This document shows positions 1 through 8,769 of a stretch of DNA of 35,193 bases, piece after piece. Source of the stretch: Chiloscyllium plagiosum. Taxonomy: Eukaryota. The translations under genes were made by a program, and so were the position numbers. Below the pieces are notes generated by a model, which was not told the origin of the DNA, did not search any database, and worked only from the letters and a program-made list of their open reading frames with translations. How positions within the stretch are numbered: position 1 is the stretch's first letter; each line of letters opens with the position of its first letter. The stretch covers positions 9,128,434-9,163,626 of the forward strand of contig NC_057756.1 in assembly GCF_004010195.1 (NCBI RefSeq), read 5' to 3'.

Positions 1-405
1 AGATAGGGAGGGGGTGTAGGGGCTGGAGGGGGTTACAGAGATAGGGAGGGGGTGTAGGGGCTGGAGGGGGTTACAGAGATAGGGAGGGGGTGTAGGGGCT
101 GGAGGGGGTTACAGAGATAGGGAGGGGGTGTAGGGGCTGGAGGGGGTTACAGAGATAGGGAGGGGGTGTAGGGGCTGGAGGGGGTTACAGAGATAGGGAG
201 GGGGTGTAGGGGCTGGAGGGGGTTACAGAGATAGGGAGGGGGTGTAGGGGCTGGAGGGGGTTACAGAGATAGGGAGGGGGTGTAGGGGCTGGAGGGGGTT
301 ACAGAGATAGGGAGGGGGTGTAGGGGCTGGAGGGGGTTACAGAGATAGGGAGGGGGTGTAGGGGCTGGAGGGGGTTACAGAGATAGGGAGGGGTGTAGGG
401 GCTGG
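1..405 (+). repeat. G-rich minisatellite, 38-bp unit (AGAGATAGGGAGGGGGTGTAGGGGCTGGAGGGGGTTAC), ~10 copies, runs off the window start
   Basis: Near-perfect tandem copies read directly; four G-tracts per unit. Confidence 0.97.
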
Positions 406-449
406 ATAAATGAGAGTTTAACAGCTGGTGAAGTGAACTGTTCTATAAA

Positions 450-591
450 GGCCGGTTTACACAGGCTCAGTCCGGTTTACACAGGCTCAGTCCGGTTTAC
501 ACAGGCTCAGGCCCGTTTACACAGGCTCAGGCCGGTTTACACAGGCTCAGTCCGGTTTACACAGGCTCAGTCCGGTTTACACAGGCTCAGG
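450..591 (+). repeat. 20-bp tandem repeat ([G/T]CCGGTTTACACAGGCTCAG) x7
   Basis: Read directly. Confidence 0.95.
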
Positions 592-769
592 CTCCCACGT
601 CAGTAATGAGTTTGCCGCATCAATTGGCAGTGTCGGTGGCTATCTTGTGCACAGCATGATCCCACGCACAACAAAGGCATTTAGTTGCAGGCGATTTGTT
701 TGTGGTGGTTGTCCGTTGTGGAGTGAAGTTGGTCAGGACCTCAGGAGGGTCATGTTGGAGTGGAGAGGG

Positions 770-1029
770 TCAGGGGAGAGAGTAGGGTTGGATGTGCTCA
801 CAGAGATCAGCACAGTACGTTCGGTCTCCCTCTGCCCGAGTCAGCCTGGCGGTCGGATCGATTGAGTGGGTGGGTCCTTGTGTCTGTCTGACTGTTTAGG
901 ATGCCTTCAGACCATCTCGGTCAGGGTGTCTGCTGTGGATGGACGTTGTGCATTAGCCTAGCACCTTACTCACCCTCCCGCCAATACCCAGAAGCCAGCT
1001 CACTGTTGTGGTGCGGAAGACGCAGCAGC
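770..1029 (-). pseudogene. Degenerate apolipoprotein-like mature-protein exons (exon 3/4 remnants)
   Basis: Acceptor ctgacag|GC TGC at 1029 completes the signal-peptide ...VLT-G-C. Fragments in shifting frames (FW at 993-988, YWRE, DTLTEM at 930-913, YCADLCEHIQPY at 817-782) resemble the ApoE/ApoA-IV FWxY motif and 22-mer 'QPY' repeats; stops or frameshifts in all frames. Confidence 0.45.
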
Positions 1030-1230
1030 CTGTCAGTGCACAGGAGGATCACAGGAACCGCTCCATGATGATCGCCCACTGAGACACAAACCCCGGCCTC
1101 AGAAACACAGCTCCCTCTACCTCCCCCCCCCCCCCAACTCCCACCGCCTGGGAGATCTCTCAGTGTTCCTCTTCCGAAATAACAGGCATGCAACTCGAGA
1201 GTGGGAAGGTGTGGTGATGTGGCAACTCAC

Positions 1231-1273
1231 CGGTCAGGACTGTCAATGCCAGGATAATGCTGATGGTCTTCAT
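1231..1273 (-). CDS. Signal-peptide coding exon MKTISIILALTVLT-G of an apolipoprotein-like gene (whole exon ~1314-1231)
   Basis: Acceptor gttgtttccgtgcag at 1315; Kozak-like GCAACATGA; exactly 43 coding nt then phase-1 donor G|GTGAGT, the same length and phase as the APOE/APOA1 signal exon. Confidence 0.7.
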
Positions 1274-1387
1274 GTTGCTGGGCACTTAGGGCCACGTGCA
1301 AAACTGCACAGGATCTGCACGGAAACAACGGGTTACTACTTTAACATTATTACTTGCAACAGTGGATTTAAACTTCAGATTGTGAGA

Positions 1388-1510
1388 ATGCAGCACTCCC
1401 TCAGCACTGGCCCTCTGACAGTGCGGCACTCCCTCAGCACTGACCCTCCGACAGTGCGGCACTCCCTCAGCACTGACCCTCCGACAGTGCGGCACTCCCT
1501 CAGCACTGAT
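1388..1510 (+). repeat. 33-bp tandem repeat (GTGCGGCACTCCCTCAGCACTGACCCTCCGACA) x~3.5, probably Deu-SINE-derived
   Basis: Tandem copies seen; origin inferred from similarity to the Deu domain motif cagcactccctcagtactg. Confidence 0.85.
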
Positions 1511-1569
1511 GTTCGGATGCTGTGTGCACTGGGTTACAGTAAGGTAAGACCTGCTTTTGCCTCACCTTT

Positions 1570-2395
1570 TCAGAGTTTTAGAGTCACCGAGTCGTACAGC
1601 ACGGGAACAGACCCTTCGGTCTAACTCGTCCTTGCCAACCCTAACCCCTAACCAAACTAGTCCCACCTGCCCGGTCCTGACCCATATTCCTCCAAACCTT
1701 CCCTGTTCATGTCCTTATCCAAATGTCTTGTAATGTCTTCAGCTGTACAAAACTCTGGTGCGGCCGCACTTGGAGTATTGCGAACAGTTCAGGTCACCGC
1801 ATTACAGGAAGGATGTGGAAGCTTTGGAAAGGGTGCAGAGGAGATTTACTGGGATGTTGCCTGGTATGGAGGGAAGGTCTTACGAGGAAAGGCTGAGGGC
1901 CTTGAGGCTGTTTTTGTTGGAGAGAAGAAGGTTGAGAGGTGACTTAATCGAGACATTTCAGATAATCAGAGGGTGGACAGGGTGAACCTTTTTCTTCAGA
2001 TGGTGAAGGTTAACACGAGGGGACATAGCTTTAAATTGAGAGGTGACCGATATAGGACAGATGTCAGAGGTAGTTTCTTTACTCAGAGAGTAGTAGGGGA
2101 GTGGAACCCACTGCCTGCAACAGACTCACCAACTTTAAGGACATTTCATGGTCTTTGGATAAACATATGGATAATAATGGAATGGTGTAGGTTAGCTGGG
2201 CTTCAGGTTAACTTCACAGGTCGGTGCTGTATCGAGGGCCGAAGGGCCTGGACTGCGCTGGAATATTCTATGTTCTAAACATTGTAACTGCCCCCACATC
2301 CACCACTTCCTCAGAAAGTTCATTCCAGACACGAACCACCCTCCTGTCCTTTTTAAGTCTCTCCCCTCTCACTTTAAAAACATGCTCCCTTGTCT
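1570..2395 (-). mobile_element. CR1 LINE 3' fragment, split by a nested plus-strand CR1
   Basis: Reverse complement of CR1 3'UTR at 1570-1733; continues at 2276-2395. Confidence 0.8.
1734..2275 (+). mobile_element. CR1 LINE 3' fragment (ORF2 C-terminus + 3'UTR)
   Basis: RPHLEYC..SPHYRKDVEALERVQRRFT..ERRRLRGDLIE; ends ATTCTATGTTCT. Confidence 0.95.
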
Positions 2396-2677
2396 CACAG
2401 CCCCGCCTGGCCTTGCCAGCATCTTTCGTGCCCCTCCTTTCATTTCAAACTGCTCATCCATGACCCTGATGCTAAAGACCATGAGGACGACTCCTGATCA
2501 CCCTTTGTCCAGGAGTGTCAGACTGGGTAAATATCAGTGTAGCTCCTCACGTGTGCTCTCAAGTCATTGTAAATGTTTGACAAACAAAGAACAAAGCCCT
2601 TGAGTCAAGTTGAAACCAGAATACGACCTAATCGGATCAAGTTAGAAACACTAGTGATTCGTTGTGAAAACACTTAC

Positions 2678-2710
2678 CTCTTTAGATTAGCAGGTCTGAA
2701 GAAGGCAGGA
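2678..2710 (-). other. Short non-coding first exon of the apolipoprotein-like gene
   Basis: Ends in consensus donor AAGAG|GTAAGT (2678/2677), ~50 nt downstream of the TATA box; TSS approximate. Confidence 0.6.
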
Positions 2711-2726
2711 GAGATTCTATGCGAAA

Positions 2727-2803
2727 CCTTTATATAGGCATGTCTCTAGCTCGATAAGATATGATGTTGTTCGATTGGAATCCTAAAGTCCAACCTGTTA
2801 TCT
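2727..2803 (-). promoter_or_regulatory. TATA promoter with liver/gut-type motifs
   Basis: TATATAAAGG 2736-2727; GATAAG 2753-2758; CCAAT 2778-2774; HNF4-like TAAAGTCCA 2784-2792; AGATAA 2803-2798. Confidence 0.65.
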
Positions 2804-3094
2804 CCTGTCTCACTCTCCATCACTATTTATGATCCTCCTGCCTTGTTGTAACTCAAAGGCTGAGGTGATTGGCAAAATGATTTAGTTTCACTTAATGAGA
2901 GAACTTTAAATTCTTGAAGAGAGTTCTCTGGTTATGAACAGGACTAGGGTCGTGTCAGCAGACCACCGAGTGGATGGTTTCAAGTTAGCTTTGAGATTGA
3001 GAGGAAAGATTCAGCCCTCATAATCTCAGTAACACATTTCTCTGCTATTTTCATGGGTGTTTCATTGTAAGAGAGTGTGCAACAGCGTGCCAAG

Positions 3095-3815
3095 GCATGG
3101 TTTTGGTGTCTTTGTAGAACAGAGAGACCTAGGGGTTCAGGGACATTATCCTTTGGAGTTTGTGTCACACACAGACAGGGGGGTTACGAAGGGGTTTAGC
3201 ACCTTCCCTTCATTGCTCAGCCCTTTGAGTGTCGGAGTTGGGAACGTCATGTTGAGGTTGTACAGGACATTCATGAGGTCCCTTCTGGAATACTGTGTCC
3301 AGTGCCAGGAAGGATGTTATTAAACTGGAGAGGGTTCCGGAGAGATTTCCCAGGATGTTGCCGGGAATGGGAGGGTTGGAGTTATAAAGAAAGGCTGGAT
3401 AGGCTGGGACTGTTTTCCCCGGAGCGTCGGAGGCTGAGGGGTGACCTTATAGAGGTTTATAAAATCATGAGGGGGACAGAGAGGGTGAATGGCTGGTGTC
3501 TTCTCTAGGATTGGGGCATTTCAAAACTAAAGGGGCACATTTTCAAGGTGAGAGGAGAGAGATTTAACAAAGACATGAGGGGCAACATTTTTCCCCAGAG
3601 GATGGTCCGTGTGTGGAATGACTTTCCTGAGGAAGTGGGGGGATGTGGGGACAGTTACAACGTTTAAAAGACATTTGGATAAGGACATGAACAGGAAAGG
3701 GTTGGAGAGAGATGGGCCAGGAGCAGGCAGCTGGGACTGGTTTAGTTTGGGATTCGGGTCGGTATGGACTGGGTGGGCCGAAGGGTCTGTTTACGTGCTG
3801 TGGGACTCGATGACT
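3095..3815 (+). mobile_element. CR1 LINE 3' fragment
   Basis: QRDLGV..MLRLYRT..LEYCVQ..ERRRLRGDLIEVYKIM..FKRHLD, plus 3'UTR. Confidence 0.95.
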
Positions 3816-4034
3816 CTGCCACAAAAATAGCATCTTGATACCAATTCCAGTGGCCATAGGGTGTTAGTTCTGTCTGGGTTTGAAACACTCTCAGAAGGTT
3901 CCGCACAGTCATTCCAATGGGCGAGAGAGTCCACTCCAACATCACAACCTGTTACTCAGAAGCTGGAGGTCAGGGGAATATCAGGAGTGGGGTTTGAACT
4001 AGAGATCCCCAGTTCAGTACTGACCACTGAGGCA

Positions 4035-4900
4035 AACACCAAACCATCAGTAAGCAGAAGAAAGGAACTGATCAGATATTGGAGCGGAATTAGACCCTTC
4101 AGTCCAAAGAGGGTCGTCCAATCCTGGCTGATGTGTTTCTTGACCCCAATCTCCTCCCTTCTCCCCATTACCTTTGGTTCCCTTATTAATCAGGAACCTC
4201 TCTATCTCTGTTTCAAATACACTCAGTCTCCCACAGCCCTCTGCAGCAATGATTCCCACAGATTCCCCACCCTCCGGTTGAAGAAATCCCTCCTCATCTC
4301 AGTTCCAAAGGGCTGTCCCTTCCCCCCTGAGGCTGTGCCCTCAGGCCCTGGTCTCTCCTACTGGTGCCCACTCTAGCCAGGCCCTCTCAGTGTTCTGTAA
4401 GGGTCAATCAGATTCCCCCCTCATCCTTCTCAACTCCATCGAGTACAGGCCCCGAGTCCTCGACCTCTCCCCATATGACAGGCCCTTCCTCCCCCAGGGA
4501 TTATTCCTATAAACCTCCTCTGGATCCCCTTCCAACATCCTTCCTCAGATACAGGGCCCGAAACTGCTCACAATGTTCCAAATGCAGTCTGACCAGAGCC
4601 TCAGTAGTACACTGCCCGGTTTGTAATTCTCACCCTTGCGAAATGTATGCTCACATTGCACTTGTCTCCCTAACTGAGCCTGTCTGCTAACCTAAAGAGA
4701 ATCCGGGACCAGGATTCCCAAGTCCCTTTCTTTCTCCATTTTGAAAACAGTCTACGCCCCTATTCGCCCACCAAACCTCATGGTAACCCGCACTGAACTC
4801 CACCTCTTTGCCCACTCCCCCAGCCTGTGCAAATCCTCCTGCGGTCTCTCAGCCGCCTTAACACTTACCTGTCCCTCCGCCTACCTTCTGCGTGTGAGCA
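4035..4900 (-). mobile_element. Degenerate CR1 LINE fragment (different subfamily)
   Basis: Minus-strand FETEIERFLINKG and CR1 ORF2-like DNA. Confidence 0.8.
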
Positions 4901-4944
4901 CAAGGCCAGGAACTTCATTGGTCACGTCTAAGACGCTCGGACAG

Positions 4945-5037
4945 AGATGAGAGCGTGTCGCTGGAAAAGCACAGCAGGTCAGGCAGCATCCAAGGAGCAG
5001 GAAAATCGATGTTTCAGGAAAAGCCCTTCATCAGGAC
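4945..5037 (-). mobile_element. Penelope-like element terminus with minimal hammerhead core
   Basis: Minus strand: TC CTGATGA AGG GCTTTT CCT GAAA CA TC G, followed by ctcctt..gatgctgcctgacctgctgtgcttttccagc. Confidence 0.75.
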
Positions 5038-5487
5038 TCTCAGGTGAAGGCTGTGGGATCTTGCTGTTCAGCATGGCTCCTATCTGTTGTACAAGCGGTG
5101 ATATTCTTATGGCTTACCAATGGATGAATCTTTCAATAGAGACTGAGGAATGGACAGTGTAGATATTATCCATCAACCGTTCAGAGCCACCTGGATCCTG
5201 AGAGTGTTATCCTAGAGGTTGGGACACTACCACTACTCCATGACTTCCTTTTCTTTGAGAAGGGCTATGTATCTGCTGCTGTTTCCTGCACCCCACTCCC
5301 CCCAACACAGGCCCCTCAGTAAAGTGTCGAGACAGGAATGGGTTGGGGGGGGTGGGGTGAGGCCAGCTGAGGTATTTTCTGATCAAACGCATCCACAGAC
5401 GTTCTGACTCACCTCTGGTGGTTATTGAACCTCAAAGTCCTGGTACAGAGGTATGGACACTACCACCATGCCACAAATGCCCTTAAA

Positions 5488-6293
5488 CAGTGGATTGCCA
5501 CAAGGATCGGTGCTGGGTCCACTACTTTTCATCATTTATATAAATGATTTGGATGTGAGCATAAGAGGTACGGTTAGTAAGTTTGCAGATGAGACCAAAA
5601 TTGGAGGTGTAGTGGACAGCGAAGAGGGTTACCTCAGATTACAACAGGATCTGGAGCAGATGGGCCAATGGGCTGAGAAGTGGCAGATGGAGTTTAATTC
5701 AGATAAATGCGAGGTGCTGCATTTTGGGAAAGCAAATCTTAGCAGGACTTATACACTTAATGGTAAGGTCCTAGGGAGTGTTGCTGAACAAAGGTTGTGA
5801 AACCTGAAAGGGTTCAGAAAAGTTTTACAAGATCCTCCAGGGTTGGAGGATCTGAGCTACAGGGAGAGGCTGAACAGGCTGGGGCTGTTTTCCCTGGAGC
5901 GTCGGAGGATGAAGGGTGACCTTATAGAGGTTTATAAAATCATGAGGGGCACGGATAGGGTAAATAAACAAGGTCTTTTCCCCCTGGGGTGGGGGAGTCC
6001 AGAACTAGAGTGCATACGTTTGGGTGAGATGGAAAAGATATAAAAGAGACCTAAGGGGCAACTTTTTCACCCAGAGGGTGGTACGTGTATGGAATGAGCT
6101 GCCAGAGGAAGTGGTGGAGGCTGGTACAATTGCAACATTTAAGAGGCATTTGGATGGGTATATGAATAGGAAGGGTTTGGAGGGATATGGGCCGGGTGCT
6201 GGCAGGTGGGACTAGATTGGGTTGGGATATCTGGTCGGCATGGATGGGTTGGGCCGCAGAGTCTGTTTCCGTGCTGTCCATCTCGATGACTCT
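5488..6293 (+). mobile_element. CR1 LINE RT domain + 3' end with an internal deletion near 5793
   Basis: GLPQGSVLGPLLFIIYINDLD..KFADETKIGG..WQMEFN; RRRMKGDLIEVYKIM; FFTQRVVRVWNELP. Confidence 0.97.
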
Positions 6294-6369
6294 AATATGC
6301 ACTGCGGTTTTACTCATGATCAATACAGTGTCACAAGGTGTTTTCATTCAGGGTCGGGGGGGGGGGGGG

Positions 6370-6662
6370 GCTGTCCTGTGGTACAGTGGTAGTGTCAGAG
6401 CCCCTGGACCAGGAGTCCCACCAGCTCCAGCAGTGTCTCAATGCCATCTCTGCGCAGATGGGGTTAGGAAAAATGGGTTAAAAAAAAAACAAGAGATGGC
6501 GTGGGGCCTCCCTGTGGTACAGTGTGTAAAAATAAAAACGTTAATCAGGGTAAGGAGGGTCCTGTTGTGGCACAGTGGTAGTGCCTCTACTTCTAGAATG
6601 GAGGCTTGGGTCCAAGCCCCACCTGCTGTACAAGTGCAATGACATCTCCAAACAGGTTGGTT
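6370..6662 (+). mobile_element. Three degenerate tRNA-derived SINE heads/fragments
   Basis: Repeated A-box-like GTGG(T/C)ACAGTG(G/T) at ~6378, ~6513 and ~6567; B-box-like GGTCCAAGCCC. Confidence 0.6.
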
Positions 6663-7424
6663 CGGGGAGAAAAATAGGTTAAAGAAATGAATGAGGGTCA
6701 GTGACAGGAGGAAATGCAGGTGAAATTATCTAATAAGTGAGCAGTTGACCTGATGTTCAGTCTATACCCTTGATTTACAAGAGAGTCTGTGGGGGGGGGA
6801 ACTCTACATTTCACCCCCTCCACGGCAGTAATAGTTGAGAAGAACGAATCTCTGCCACAGCCTGGTGTAAGTTCTAGGCTCTCTGCTTTAGAGAGGGTGT
6901 GTAACTCTGCTGAAGAAGAGATTCAGGCAAATAGTTTTGTCATGATCCATCAACACTAATTGTCAAAACGTGGCAGTGTGAGATTTGAACTGTGGACTGA
7001 GGTATCAAACTGGTCAGTCGCAGTGCAACGTATCAGAGAGAGAGACAGACAGAGTGTCAACCTTTGGACTGAGGGCAGTTACATGGTTGGGATTTTCCGG
7101 GAACTTTGCCGTGAGCCGTTACTCTGTTCCAAAGGTAATGCCAACAGTGTGCTGCCTGCGTCACCGAGTCAATGAGTGAGCCGGGGTGAATTGGCAGGCA
7201 CTCCCATCAGTGCCACTCAGTGCTCACTGGTCTCAGTTGTGCAATAACGGATTTGGCAGCAACGAAACACGCCATTCGGCCCATCCACAGAGCTTCCTCC
7301 CACGTCCCTCTTTATCGCACCCAATTGTCATCTCCTCCAATTGTCATCTCCTCCATCCCTTTCTCCCTCCCTGTGTTTATCCAGCTTGACCCCCCCTCAA
7401 TACATCAACATAATTCACCTCGGC

Positions 7425-7656
7425 TCCTCCCTCTGGGAACGAGTCCCCCATTCGCCACTCCCTGTGGGAGCGTGTCCCCCATTCCCCCCCACTCCCTGTG
7501 GGAGCGAGTCCCACATTGCCCCCCACTCCCTGTGGGAGCGGGTCCCCCGTTCCCCACTCCCTCTGGGAGCGGGTCCCCCGTTCCCCACTCCCTCTGGGAG
7601 CGAGTCCCCCGTTCCCCACTCCCTCTGGGAGCCAGTCCCCCGTTCCCCACTCCCTC
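7425..7656 (+). repeat. ~31-bp minisatellite (TTCCCCACTCCCTCTGGGAGCGGGTCCCCCG), CR1-derived
   Basis: Tandem copies; similar units sit inside the CR1 remnant at 13610-13725. Confidence 0.9.
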
Positions 7657-7675
7657 TGTTCGCATTTCACATCCG

Positions 7676-7780
7676 GTGACCCTTCCTCAGAACCGTTCTG
7701 AGGAAGGGTCACAGAATTTGAATGTTAACTCTGCTTTCTCTCCACGGCTGCTGCCAGACCAGCTGAGTCTTTCCAGCGGT
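7676..7780 (+). mobile_element. Penelope-like terminus with fold-back palindrome
   Basis: GTGACCCTTCCTCAGAAC-C-GTTCTGAGGAAGGGTCAC perfect 18-bp inverted repeat, then gttaactctgctttctctccac..gctgccagaccagctgag. Confidence 0.7.
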
Positions 7781-8319
7781 TCCTGGTTTGGATTTGTCTC
7801 CCTGTTCTGTGGAAAGGAACCTGAGAACGCTCCAAATTTGCAAAGAATGTAAGTTCCCGGTTTGGATCGTATCCCCATGGATCATATTAGTGCCTTCTCC
7901 TGGCTAATTAATGTTCAATTTCAGTCAAATATCGATCAGAAGCTGGGAATCACAGAGTTATCTCTGGGAACTGGACAGGATTCTCAGTTCCTCACTTGGC
8001 TAATTATCCAGAAAAGCATGCGAGGTTCTGTTGGCACTGACTCAACATTTACTACCGCAGGGGCTGTCATTAAATTTCCCCAACATGTCTTCCCAATTCC
8101 GCATAACTAAACACCCCCTCCCTATCTTTGTAACCCCCTCCAGCCCCTATCCCTGGAACGTCCGCCAATCCTGGCCTCTTGAGTATCCCACTCCTTCCCA
8201 TCGTCTCACCATTGGGGGATGAGCCCAGGGTATGGGTCCTGACCTCAGGAGTTCCCTCCCAGAACCTACTCACCCCCTCCCTCTCACTCTCTCTGCTGTT
8301 TTAACACATTCTTCAAGAT

Positions 8320-8332
8320 TGAACTTTGACCT
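8320..8332 (-). promoter_or_regulatory. HNF4/DR1 element AGGTCAAAGTTCA
   Basis: Plus strand TGAACTTTGACCT; function untested. Confidence 0.45.
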
Positions 8333-8769
8333 AAATTTTAGGGACCCCCTGCTAAAGAGGGGTGACGGGGTTTGGGGTGACAGTTTGCACTAGAGTGGAT
8401 AGGTCTTTGAAGGATTACAATGTCAGAGGCGCTATGGAAATGCAGACCCTTGCAATGACTGTGGCGGCAGCTCTCTGTGAGTGCTCCCAGTTGATGGTGG
8501 GAGGGCAGGGGTTAATGCTGAGCACTGTGTTATTCCCTTTCGCTGGCTATGGGCCTGTTTGTAACTTGCAGCCCAATGCTATCAGGAGGCAATGACTCAC
8601 TCCCAGGTGACTGTGGGGCACAGCGGCTGTGGTTTACTTCAGATCAATAACCAAGGAAGCAGTACAGCAGTGGTAAACACTCCCTGAGCCAAGGGGCCCT
8701 TTCACCCACTTCACAGTATTAACTCTTTCACCCTGGGTCCCCATTCACACAGCCAGAATATCATTCTAT

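Noticed and set aside
1163..1624. 153-aa plus-strand ORF
   Set aside because: Antisense to the signal exon, then runs through a tandem repeat and CR1
5453..6215. Reverse transcriptase as an active or domesticated gene
   Set aside because: 5'-truncated, internally deleted and frameshifted CR1 copy
7220..7852. 210-aa ORF and overlapping ORFs
   Set aside because: Translation of the 31-bp minisatellite and a PLE terminus
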